This document shows positions 18,477 through 27,280 of a stretch of 64,000 bases of DNA, one piece after another. Within the stretch, counting starts at the first letter, position 1. Every line of letters begins with the position of its first letter. Position numbers and translations under genes: made by a program. Source of the stretch: Bacteroidota bacterium (GTDB taxonomy: Bacteria > Bacteroidota > Bacteroidia > UBA7662); NCBI GenBank assembly GCA_005799065.1, contig SYHW01000068.1:10272-74271 (forward strand). The letters are read 5' to 3'. The notes under the pieces are model-generated. The model was given only the letters and a program-made list of their open reading frames with translations, was not told the DNA's origin and made no database searches.

Positions 18477-19289
18477 CTACCAACTTCCACTGGCGCCGCC
18501 ACCACCCGACATTCCCCCGCCGAAGCCGCCCCATCCTCCACCAGAACCTCCTCCAAAACCCCCTCCGAATCCACCTCCGCCTGTTGGGAAGAATATTGGT
18601 CCCCCCATACTACGGCCGCGACCCGAATAGGTAGCTCGTCCGCCCCCGCCCCCTCCTCCAGCGCCACGGGCAATCAAGAGCAACAGTATCACCAAGATGG
18701 TAAGAGAAAAGGGCAAACTCCTTTTGAGATCAGCCCACAAATCGGATCCTGAACCTTCCTTTGCTTGGTATGCGCCCGAAAGTACCTCAGTGACCCGATA
18801 TATTCCCGCAGTTATTCCACCTTCCACATCTCCTTTGCGGAAAAGGGGCAGGATATCTTGTTCAATAATTCGGCGAGACAACGCATCTGTTAACCGTTCC
18901 TCCAAGCCATAACCTGTTTCCAGTCGGATTTTTCGATCATCGCGCGCGACCAAAATCAGAAGACCGTTGTTGGTGCCTTTTTGCCCAATATTCCATTGCT
19001 CGAATATTCTACTGGCGTAATCGGCCACTTCATAGCCCTCTAAATTCTCTACAAAAACGACAGCAATTTGAGTCGAAGTGCTGTCTTCATAAGCGGCAAG
19101 CAGCGATTCGATTCGGCTGCTTCCCTCCGGCCCAAGCATTCCAGCGAAGTCGTTCACCCTTCGCGGGGGCTGAGGAGGTTCCGGGATCCCCCATGTGGGC
19201 AGCGCACTGAATAAGAGTAAAAAAGAGAGTACCCAAACCCGACGCATAAGGTATTGAGCCAATTTAAACCGCCTATCCATCATGCCCAT
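18477..19289 (-). CDS. TPM-domain protein (YgcG-like) with TM helix and Gly-rich tail
   Basis: VNDFAGML...IAVVFV TPM pattern, a TM segment, and a C-terminal GGGFGGG tail. Confidence 0.85.
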   Translation of the reverse strand: MGMMDRRFKLAQYLMRRVWVLSFLLLFSALPTWGIPEPPQPPRRVNDFAGMLGPEGSSRIESLLAAYEDSTSTQIAVVFVENLEGYEVADYASRIFEQWNIGQKGTNNGLLILVARDDRKIRLETGYGLEERLTDALSRRIIEQDILPLFRKGDVEGGITAGIYRVTEVLSGAYQAKEGSGSDLWADLKRSLPFSLTILVILLLLIARGAGGGGGGGRATYSGRGRSMGGPIFFPTGGGGFGGGFGGGSGGGWGGFGGGMSGGGGASGSW

Positions 19290-19292
19290 ACC

Positions 19293-19739
19293 CTAGGACC
19301 CAAAAGAAACATCATTCGACAATTCATCAGGATTGGCAGAATTCAAAACCGGATAAAAGCGCGCCAAAATCCTGCCGGCCTCTTCAATCGCGCGTGAAAG
19401 ACCACCTCCATAATCACCAAGGGCAAAATGTTGCTTCATCAAGTCTACCTCTTTTTGCCAGAAAAGCGCACCTGCTTTTTCATGAATGCCTGCGTCGGCA
19501 AATACAGCCATTTTGTGGCTTTGAACCGCGACATAAATCAACACGCCATTTCGCTCAGCGGTTTTGTGCATTTTCAGCTGGGCAAATACCGCGGAAGCTC
19601 GTTTTAGGGCATCACCATGGCAAACATCCTCCAAATGCACCCGAATTTCGGCTGTACAACAACGTTCAGCGGCCTGAATGGCTTTCACAACCTGTTCCTG
19701 TCCGGCCTCGTTGAGCAACTGTCGTGCTGTCTCTTTCAA
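19293..19739 (-). CDS. TPM-domain protein (small, soluble type)
   Basis: 148 aa. The pattern AIQAAERCCTAEIRVHLE ... NGVLIYV is typical of the second TPM gene in lemA operons. Confidence 0.8.
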   Translation of the reverse strand: MKETARQLLNEAGQEQVVKAIQAAERCCTAEIRVHLEDVCHGDALKRASAVFAQLKMHKTAERNGVLIYVAVQSHKMAVFADAGIHEKAGALFWQKEVDLMKQHFALGDYGGGLSRAIEEAGRILARFYPVLNSANPDELSNDVSFGS

Positions 19740-20341
19740 AACTCCACTTTTGGCGCCTTGTCACTGCCCGCGTCTGCTTTGAAATACCCCTTTTTTTCGA
19801 AGCCGAACATACCCGAAATCAAGTTGTTGGGGAATTTTCTGATGTAGGCGTTGTAGTCCTGCACGAGTTCATTAAAACGACGGCGCTCCACACTGATTCT
19901 GTTTTCCGTGCCCTCGAGTTGCGATTGCAATTCAAGGAAGTTCTGATTGGCCTTTAAATCAGGGTATTTTTCAACAACCACTAAGAGGCGTGATAGTGCG
20001 CCGCTCAGCGCGGCTTGACTTTCCTGAAATTTCTGAATGCTGGCCTCGTCGAGTTTGTCGGCGTTTACCTGCACGCCTGTGGCCTTACTACGGGCCTCCA
20101 CGACCCCTAAAAGCGTTTCCTGCTCGAATTGCGCGTAGCCTTTGACGGTGCTCACCAAATTCGGGATGAGATCGGCTCTGCGCTGGTAAGCGGTTTCCAC
20201 ATTGGCCCATTGGCCCCCCACGGCTTCTTCTTTACTCACCATTTGGTTGTATCCACAACTATTCAAGAGCAGTGGTATAAAGAGAAACAGCAAAATCTGC
20301 AGTCGAGAAAATCGCTTACTCGGTACCTTGTATGTTTTCAT
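19736..20341 (-). CDS. lemA: LemA family protein
   Basis: N-terminal anchor plus the LemA pattern (QWANVETAYQRRADLIPNLV, YPDLKANQNFLELQ, YNAYIRKFPNN). Overlaps the downstream TPM gene by 4 nt. Confidence 0.9.
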   Translation of the reverse strand: MKTYKVPSKRFSRLQILLFLFIPLLLNSCGYNQMVSKEEAVGGQWANVETAYQRRADLIPNLVSTVKGYAQFEQETLLGVVEARSKATGVQVNADKLDEASIQKFQESQAALSGALSRLLVVVEKYPDLKANQNFLELQSQLEGTENRISVERRRFNELVQDYNAYIRKFPNNLISGMFGFEKKGYFKADAGSDKAPKVEF

Positions 20342-20482
20342 GGTTTATTGGTTTATTGCGGTTTAGATTTTGGGTGAATGAATGACTCTCAATGAATGAC
20401 TTTCAATAATTTCAATATCCAGAGATTAGAATGAAGAACGATTCACAAACAAAATAGACGGGTAATAAGTTCCGTTAGCGTG

Positions 20483-20490
20483 TATCTTTG
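20483..20490 (+). promoter_or_regulatory. candidate -7 box (TATCTTTG) for the fnr operon
   Basis: Exact TAnnTTTG match 8 nt upstream of an in-frame TTG at 20498 that gives the typical N-terminus MIETDICIIGAGPVG. Implies a near-leaderless transcript. Confidence 0.35.
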
Positions 20491-20497
20491 CGCTGCC

Positions 20498-21502
20498 TTG
20501 ATCGAAACGGATATTTGCATAATTGGAGCGGGGCCCGTGGGGCTTTTTACCGTATTTGAAGCGGGTCTGTTGCGGATGCGCTGCCACCTCATCGACGCTC
20601 TTCCCAAAGTAGGCGGTCAATTAACCGAAATCTACCCCCGCAAGCCCATCTATGACATTCCCGGATACCCTTCTGTCTTGGCCGGCGACTTAGTCGATCG
20701 ACTCATGGAGCAAATCGCCCCCTTTCAACCCACTTTTAGCTTAGCCCAACGCGTGGAAACCATCAAGCGCCAAGAAGACGGCAGCTTTCTATTGGTGACC
20801 TCCACGGGAACCCAATGTAAGGCCAAAGTAATCGCCATAGCGGCAGGCCTCGGTTGTTTCGAACCAAGGAAGCCTGAACTGCCTGGGCTAGATCGCTATG
20901 AGGAAAAGAGCATTCGCTATATGATCATCGATCCAGAGGCCTATCGCGGTAAGAAGTTGGTCCTTGCTGGCGGAGGCGATTCCGCCCTCGACTGGACCAT
21001 CATTTTGGCCGATATAGCGTCTGAGTTGACCTTGGTGCACCGAAATGCAGAATTCCGGGGGGCGCCCGACAGCGCGCATAAAGTCAATCAAATGGCCAAA
21101 GAAGGCCGAATTCGCCTGATGTTGAGCAGTACCCTGCGCGAATTGAAGGGCGAGGTCGATTTGGAAGCGGTGGTGGTGACCGACATCAACCAGCAGGAGC
21201 AGGTCTTGCCCGCCGATTACCTAATCCCCCTCTACGGATTAAGTCCACGCCTTGGACCCATTGCAGAATGGGGTCTCCATTTAGAGAAACAAGCAATTGT
21301 GGTGAATACATTCGATTACAGTACCTCGGTAGAGGGCATATATGCGATAGGAGATATCAATACCTACCCCGGAAAACTCAAGCTCATACTGTGCGGCTTT
21401 CATGAGGCCACGCTGATGTGCCAAAGTGCTTTCGCTCGCGTCAAACCGGGCGAAAAATTGAGTTTCAAATACACCACAGTACAGGGGATCAATCCGTTCT
21501 GA
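20498..21502 (+). CDS. ferredoxin-NADP(+) reductase, thioredoxin-reductase-like type
   Basis: FAD motif IIGAGPVGLF, second dinucleotide motif LAGGGDSALDW, and YAIGDI. The ORF track opens at GTG 20480. TTG 20498 is preferred because of the promoter box. Confidence 0.88.
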   Translation: MIETDICIIGAGPVGLFTVFEAGLLRMRCHLIDALPKVGGQLTEIYPRKPIYDIPGYPSVLAGDLVDRLMEQIAPFQPTFSLAQRVETIKRQEDGSFLLVTSTGTQCKAKVIAIAAGLGCFEPRKPELPGLDRYEEKSIRYMIIDPEAYRGKKLVLAGGGDSALDWTIILADIASELTLVHRNAEFRGAPDSAHKVNQMAKEGRIRLMLSSTLRELKGEVDLEAVVVTDINQQEQVLPADYLIPLYGLSPRLGPIAEWGLHLEKQAIVVNTFDYSTSVEGIYAIGDINTYPGKLKLILCGFHEATLMCQSAFARVKPGEKLSFKYTTVQGINPF

Positions 21503-21855
21503 TGGCCGACAAGCAGTTTTGGGTCGAATTACCCGATGGTTCCCGAACCCCACATGAGGTGCCGTCCGACATGGGGCTCAGTCTCATGGAAGCGCTGAAA
21601 GCGTTGGACTACCCCATTGAGGCCACTTGCGGCGGTATGGCCCTGTGCGCAACATGCAGAATCGAATGGCAAGACGGAAACCTATCCGAACCCAGCGATG
21701 CGGAACTCGACATGCTCGATACCCTTCCCGATGTCCGCAGTACCAGCCGACTCAGCTGCCAGATTCGACTCACCGATATCAGTGATGGGAGTACTTTTCG
21801 GGTGCATGCCCTGGAATGGAACCAAGGCAACGCGCCAACCGGACAGCAGGCATGA
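21502..21855 (+). CDS. [2Fe-2S] ferredoxin, adrenodoxin/putidaredoxin-like
   Basis: ATG overlaps the fnr stop (TGATG). Cys ligand pattern CGGMALCATC ... SRLSC. Confidence 0.85.
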   Translation: MADKQFWVELPDGSRTPHEVPSDMGLSLMEALKALDYPIEATCGGMALCATCRIEWQDGNLSEPSDAELDMLDTLPDVRSTSRLSCQIRLTDISDGSTFRVHALEWNQGNAPTGQQA

Positions 21856-22328
21856 GCAGGATAGTGGCCATCGATTTCGGATTGAAGCGCGTTGGACTCG
21901 CTGTGACCGATCCATTGGGTATGTTCGCCACGGCGCTCGATACTGTGGCCCGAAAGGAGGTGAGATCCTACCTCAAAAAGTACCATCAAGAGCACACCAT
22001 AAGCGCCTTCGTTATAGGCGATCCCCGAACATTAGCCAATCAGCCCTCCTCGGTGGCCGGTGCCATCGCCGCTTTCAGACGCGAATTGCTGGCCGATTTT
22101 CCCGATATTTCCCAACACGGGGTGGATGAACGTTTCACCTCACGCATAGCCTTGCAGACCATCGCCGGGAGCGATTTACCGCGACTCAAGCGACGCGACA
22201 AAGGACTAGCAGACCGCATTAGTGCGGTACTTCTTTTGCAGTCGTATCTGGAAACCGTTCAACATCGAGCAGAACAAGGAGCCGCTGAAGGTGTTGATAA
22301 CCCCATTAAACCTATCGATCAACCATGA
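21852..22328 (+). CDS. ruvX: YqgF/RuvX putative pre-16S rRNA nuclease
   Basis: MSRIVAIDFGLKRVGLAVTD N-terminus. ATGA overlap with the ferredoxin stop. Confidence 0.9.
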   Translation: MSRIVAIDFGLKRVGLAVTDPLGMFATALDTVARKEVRSYLKKYHQEHTISAFVIGDPRTLANQPSSVAGAIAAFRRELLADFPDISQHGVDERFTSRIALQTIAGSDLPRLKRRDKGLADRISAVLLLQSYLETVQHRAEQGAAEGVDNPIKPIDQP

Positions 22329-22897
22329 TTCTTCCCATCTATCTCTACGGGCATCCCGTGCTCACGACACCCGCTTTGGAGGTGGACCCCTTAGACCCGA
22401 TCCTCCCAGGCTTGATCCAGGATATGTTTGAGACCATGTATGCCGCGGGTGGGGTAGGTTTAGCGGCTCCGCAAATCGGGCGCTCCATGAATTTGTTTGT
22501 GATGGATGCCTCAGGCTTCGATGAAAAGCGATTTGCCCATGAAAAGCGGGTGTTCATCAATCCCGTCATCTTACAAGAAGAAGGGGATCCCTGGCCATTT
22601 AATGAGGGCTGTCTCAGCATTCCGGATGTTCGGGGCGACGTCCTTCGTAAGCCACGGATCCATGTAGAATGGATGGATCAGGATGGCAAAAAGCAGCTGC
22701 AGTGGTTCGATGATATGCCGGCCCGCATCATTCAACACGAATACGATCACCTCATGGGAAAGCTATTTGTAGGGTATTTTAGCCCACTGCGCCGACAAAT
22801 GATGCAAAGGCGGCTCGAATCCATAAAGAAGGGAATGACCAAAGCAGAATATCCTGTCTTCGCCGCTTCACCGCAGGGCGGACGCCACAAGCGTTAG
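22325..22897 (+). CDS. def: peptide deformylase
   Basis: GVGLAAPQ, EGCLS and QHEYDHL motifs. ATGA overlap with ruvX. Confidence 0.95.
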   Translation: MILPIYLYGHPVLTTPALEVDPLDPILPGLIQDMFETMYAAGGVGLAAPQIGRSMNLFVMDASGFDEKRFAHEKRVFINPVILQEEGDPWPFNEGCLSIPDVRGDVLRKPRIHVEWMDQDGKKQLQWFDDMPARIIQHEYDHLMGKLFVGYFSPLRRQMMQRRLESIKKGMTKAEYPVFAASPQGGRHKR

Positions 22898-22898
22898 G

Positions 22899-22926
22899 CG
22901 TCAAAGAAGACAACGTCAAAGAAGAC
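22899..22926. repeat. 13-bp direct repeat (period 15) just after the def stop
   Basis: cgtcaaagaagac at 22899-22911 and 22914-22926, between convergent genes. Confidence 0.85.
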
Positions 22927-22943
22927 GGCGCCACCAGAATCGA

Positions 22944-24617
22944 TTATCGTTTGTATTCTGCCATTTGTCCGGGATAGCGTTCCTGGGCATACTTCAGGGC
23001 TCTTTCCAAATTGACCATACCACCGCTCCTGCAGATTTCGTGCGCGCTTGATGTTTTCCGGTCACCAAAAGTTTTCTTTCGAGACTGGGCAATTTTCGCT
23101 GCGGTGCCATCGGCCACCGGCACAATCATCTCATCAGGAAATGGTTTCACAGAGGAAACGATGATATCGCGGATTTCGGGCGCCGAAAGTTTGGGATACA
23201 ATCCGCGAAGCAGTGCAGCCATACCCGCAACCACCGGCGCCGCCATACTTGTGCCACTTTGCGCCCCATACTTTCCATCCGGTAGGGTAGCATAGATGTC
23301 CTGACCGGGCGCGAATACATCCACCACCGGGCTGCCAAAATTTGAAAACGAGGCAATACGGTTGATGGGGTCGTGGTTTGGGCCAATGGCACCAACCTCA
23401 ATCCAAAACGAGAGCCGGGCGTCATCGATCTGTGGCGCTCGGGGATAGGTAGGCAGGTCGGGCACAAAAAGCGCGTCATTGCCCGCCGCATGCACCATCA
23501 ACACATCGCGCGAGGCCGCATAGCGTATAGCATCTTGCACCAGGGGTTCACTGGGCGAGAATGATTTCCCAAAGCTCATATTGATGACTTTGGCACCCAT
23601 ATCCGCGGCGTATCGAATGGCATTGGCCACATCCTTATCGCGCTCGTCGCCATTGGGTACCGCCCTAAGGCTCATGATGCGGGCATTGGGCGCCACCCCG
23701 TTCATACCCGTTTGGTTGCCATGCGCAGCAGCAATGATGCCCGCTACGTGCGTGCCATGGCCCGCATCGGGACCCGTTACGCGCTTGTCACCATAGAATC
23801 GATCCTTCAGATCCTCATACCGATCCCCTACCAACCCGCGTGGGTCGAACTTAGGATTTAGGTTATATTCATACACATCGCACAGTCGTCTTCCGATCGA
23901 ATTGAGTTCAGTGTGGATATCGGATATGGCCGTTCCGGTCAGTTTCGACATCCAATAAATTCTCTGTACACTTTTGCCCCATCCCTTCACTTTGATCGCA
24001 CCGATATCCGCACTGTCGCCCCCTAAGCGGGCCAGTTGCGCATAAAATTCGTTATTGGCCTTCTGGAGTTTGATTCCCATTTTATGGTTCGCCTTGGCTT
24101 CTTTCCGTTTTGTTTTGTAATGGAATTCGACCTCTTTTTTGTAGGCCTTTTGTGCAGAATCCTTCTTTTGTATTCCGCCATATCTTTTCATTTCACGGAG
24201 TCGAACCCACTCACGTGTCACTTCATAAGTGTCCTGGTTAACTTCACCTCCGCGACCACTGATAAAACTCCATCCCCGCAGGTCGTCGACATAGCCATTA
24301 CCATCGTCGTCGATTCCATTATTCGGGTCTTCACCCCGGTTTTTCCATAGGATTGGCACCAAATCCGGATGTTCGGTATCCACTCCGCCGTCGATGACAG
24401 CTACAATAACATCGAGCGGCCTATAAGTCTTCCCTATGGCCTGCAAAATTCTTTGGGCCGAAATACCGGGTAAACTATCATTATCCTCATCGAGGAGGTG
24501 CCACTGCTGCATTTTTGAGAGATCCTGCGCACGAACTTGGGGCGTCGCGAGGTACAAAAAACAGCAAAAGAAGATGCCCCTAAATTTGGGTTGATGAAGC
24601 GAAAATTTAATCATCAT
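22944..24617 (-). CDS. S8 (subtilisin-family) serine peptidase
   Basis: Signal peptide. Catalytic triad contexts VIDGGVDTEHPDL, HGTHVAGIIAA and GTSMAAPVVAG. Confidence 0.9.
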   Translation of the reverse strand: MMIKFSLHQPKFRGIFFCCFLYLATPQVRAQDLSKMQQWHLLDEDNDSLPGISAQRILQAIGKTYRPLDVIVAVIDGGVDTEHPDLVPILWKNRGEDPNNGIDDDGNGYVDDLRGWSFISGRGGEVNQDTYEVTREWVRLREMKRYGGIQKKDSAQKAYKKEVEFHYKTKRKEAKANHKMGIKLQKANNEFYAQLARLGGDSADIGAIKVKGWGKSVQRIYWMSKLTGTAISDIHTELNSIGRRLCDVYEYNLNPKFDPRGLVGDRYEDLKDRFYGDKRVTGPDAGHGTHVAGIIAAAHGNQTGMNGVAPNARIMSLRAVPNGDERDKDVANAIRYAADMGAKVINMSFGKSFSPSEPLVQDAIRYAASRDVLMVHAAGNDALFVPDLPTYPRAPQIDDARLSFWIEVGAIGPNHDPINRIASFSNFGSPVVDVFAPGQDIYATLPDGKYGAQSGTSMAAPVVAGMAALLRGLYPKLSAPEIRDIIVSSVKPFPDEMIVPVADGTAAKIAQSRKKTFGDRKTSSAHEICRSGGMVNLERALKYAQERYPGQMAEYKR

Positions 24618-24642
24618 CGGAATTTAAAATAGCAAATGTAGT

Positions 24643-25866
24643 TTAGTTCTTGATGATTCTGTGGTAGGAGGTCTGGTCTTTTTGACGAAGGATGAGGAAG
24701 TAATGTCCGCTCGATAAATCACCGAGAGAGATCCTGCCGTCTTGCGATAAGGTTGAAAAAGGCCTTACCCATTGTCCGCTCAAGTCAAGCAAAGCATACG
24801 TCCATGGAGCACCAACTAATACGGTAGGGGAAAATCCCTCGATTTGAAGCCAGTCGGTCGTGGGGTTGGGGAAACACCGTACGGTGGCATTGATTTGCTC
24901 TTTGATATGGCTGGTGCCACCGCCAATTCGGGCATATAAGAACAATTTACTGCGATCGAGTATGAAATTCCAGCGCGCTGTATCTGAAACCAAATCATGT
25001 CCACCCCCTTGAAAAGTATTCATTTCACTGTTGATTTGCAGGTTGCTGAGCCTCTGATGTACTATACTGCTCCCGTCGACTGTCAGAATGTTTAGTCCCA
25101 TTGCGCGCACCGGCCCTCGTGCATATGGAACGGTTTGGTCGTCCGTTCCATGAAAGTGAATGGCGGGTACATGTCCTGGTTGAATAATGAGTGTGTCTAG
25201 TGCTGCCCCTGCCAAATTCACTACAGCCTCAACCCCTGAGTGGTAACCCGGGTTTCCCGACAGACCCTCCAGTCCGGCGTTTAAAACAGCAAGGTTGTTT
25301 TGCACTTGTTGAGAGGTTAGGGCAGGATTTTTAAGCCAGGCGAGGTGAATGGCAGTAATTGCACCAGCAGAATAACCACCCGCGAAGATCCGCGCGGTGT
25401 CGATGCCATAAGGGTTGTTGTTCTCCACAAAGGATTTACGGAAGAATCGGGCAGCAGCTTTGGCATCATGTGTGGCCCGAATGGCTGCCCGAATGAATTC
25501 ATCTTGCAGACCGGCCACATTGCCGACATTCACCCCCAATCGGTAGCCAACGCTGGCTGCAACGTAGCCCCGAGTGGCAAAGTAGGCGCACATATTCTGC
25601 ATATAGCCGTCCGTACGCGAGCCGCCCACAAAGCTGCCGCCATGAAACAACAGCAATAAAGGTCTTCGGGTGGCAGTATCTCCGGCGGGCATATATACAT
25701 CCAGCAGTAAGGGGGCACTGTTGCCGTTCCAGGAAATGGATTCGCCGTAGGGAACGGCAGATTCAACGATCTGACCAAACATGGGCTGCAAATAGCGCTG
25801 GGCGTTGGCTGAATTGGACATAAGCCCCAATGCCATGTACACGAAGAGGCGGGATAACTGTTTCAT
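24643..25866 (-). CDS. alpha/beta-hydrolase (carboxylesterase-like) with T9SS C-terminal sorting domain
   Basis: Signal peptide, LLLFHGGSFVGG, nucleophile elbow GGYSAGA, and a C-terminal ~80 aa VRCFPNPTTDWLQIEG...LSSGHYFLILR. Confidence 0.85.
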   Translation of the reverse strand: MKQLSRLFVYMALGLMSNSANAQRYLQPMFGQIVESAVPYGESISWNGNSAPLLLDVYMPAGDTATRRPLLLLFHGGSFVGGSRTDGYMQNMCAYFATRGYVAASVGYRLGVNVGNVAGLQDEFIRAAIRATHDAKAAARFFRKSFVENNNPYGIDTARIFAGGYSAGAITAIHLAWLKNPALTSQQVQNNLAVLNAGLEGLSGNPGYHSGVEAVVNLAGAALDTLIIQPGHVPAIHFHGTDDQTVPYARGPVRAMGLNILTVDGSSIVHQRLSNLQINSEMNTFQGGGHDLVSDTARWNFILDRSKLFLYARIGGGTSHIKEQINATVRCFPNPTTDWLQIEGFSPTVLVGAPWTYALLDLSGQWVRPFSTLSQDGRISLGDLSSGHYFLILRQKDQTSYHRIIKN

Positions 25867-25973
25867 GCGATAAAAGCTTGTTTTTTAAAGTCTTTGATTC
25901 TGCATCTGAAGGAAATGCATTCGATTCAGTTGGTTTATGATTGCTGCGGATGGAAAGTTAACCAATTCTGTGT

Positions 25974-27155
25974 TTATTCTGGTTTGATCAACACGATGGC
26001 CATCAACAAAAAAATGCCTGCTGCAAACGAAAGGGCTTGACCAGAGCGCTGAACACTTCTGTTCCGATCGGCTATATGCTTTTGCCACTGTGTCCTACCA
26101 TCTTCATAAATGCGATTCCTAATCACAGCGCTCTGGGCCTCCTCCGCACGTTTCTTGTTTAATGCCGCACGTTTTGCAATGATTGCCAAATCGGTATGTG
26201 CATCGGATGAATGAGTCCCAAGCAGTTGAATACGCCACCAAAGAGAATCTGATGGCATTGAAATTTGAACCGCATTTTGAAGTAGAGCCAAGCTATCTGC
26301 TTGGTTTAGATATAGCAGCGCTTTTATTTGATCTCTTCTGGAATTAGAAGCGCTCAAAAGCTCAGCCAATAAGTAGGCTGCAGATGATGCGGAGCCGAAT
26401 TGATGGTTGTTTTTCGACCATTCAAAATCGAGAGCGAGGTACTTTTTTGCGTCGTTCAAACGGCCTTGCTGTGCATAGACATGGCCTAAATTCCCATATA
26501 AGAACCCATATTGCTCTTGATTAAGGTGTTTGCTGATGTCTAATGCGGATAGAAAGTGAATTTCAGCTTCATAAAGGTCGCCCGCTTTTCCCCTGCTCAA
26601 CCCGGCAAGATTATGGAAGTGGATGGCATTTTTTAGAGAAATGGCCCTAGAATCCTGAAGCCTGTTTTCAATCAGTTGATAGACAAGTTCATATTCTCGA
26701 CGACCGTATAAATTTGTTGCCAAAAGGTATGCAGTCTCGGCCTTATACTCCTCAGAACCCAATCGTTCGGCGAGGGTAGCACTTCGGTCAATTTCTTCTT
26801 TGGCAGCGTCAAATTCCTTCAATTCATGCAACATACGAGCGCGCATACAATGAACGCGCGCCAAAAATTCCAGTCGGTTGTGTTTTCGGTATACATCTTC
26901 CGCGTTCAAAAGAGTATTCCAGGCATCCAGGTGTCGTTCTCGGTTAACTTGCTGTTCTGCAGTGTCCAGAAGCGCATCGGTGATCTGGGTAGATTGAGGA
27001 TCATTGAGCGGAAGCTGCTTGATTTCGCTTACAAGGTGTTGCATGAATTGAAGATCGTAAGCGATGACGAGAATGGCAACCAGAAGAACGAATACGAAAC
27101 TACTCCAAATGGCGGATTGGGGGTGAATGGAGGAGCGCATCATGCTTGGAGACAC
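25974..27155 (-). CDS. membrane-anchored TPR-repeat protein
   Basis: N-terminal TM helix, several TPR-like helical pairs, a coiled-coil segment and a C-terminal TM helix. No output domain. Confidence 0.7.
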   Translation of the reverse strand: MSPSMMRSSIHPQSAIWSSFVFVLLVAILVIAYDLQFMQHLVSEIKQLPLNDPQSTQITDALLDTAEQQVNRERHLDAWNTLLNAEDVYRKHNRLEFLARVHCMRARMLHELKEFDAAKEEIDRSATLAERLGSEEYKAETAYLLATNLYGRREYELVYQLIENRLQDSRAISLKNAIHFHNLAGLSRGKAGDLYEAEIHFLSALDISKHLNQEQYGFLYGNLGHVYAQQGRLNDAKKYLALDFEWSKNNHQFGSASSAAYLLAELLSASNSRRDQIKALLYLNQADSLALLQNAVQISMPSDSLWWRIQLLGTHSSDAHTDLAIIAKRAALNKKRAEEAQSAVIRNRIYEDGRTQWQKHIADRNRSVQRSGQALSFAAGIFLLMAIVLIKPE

Positions 27156-27280
27156 CCCAAAAATAATGGTAATGGTTCACGTATATTCAACTTTTTTTCA
27201 CATTATATGATTATTATTGCAGTGATTTTACGCAGTTCCTCGAACTACACCTTTTAGTTTTTCAATTTCAATTTGACTTT

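Noticed and set aside
18439-18673. Pro-rich plus-strand ORFs (PPPPDIPPPKPP...) opposite the TPM gene tail
   Set aside because: They are the mirror image of the Gly-rich (GGN codon) C-terminal tail of the minus-strand TPM protein.
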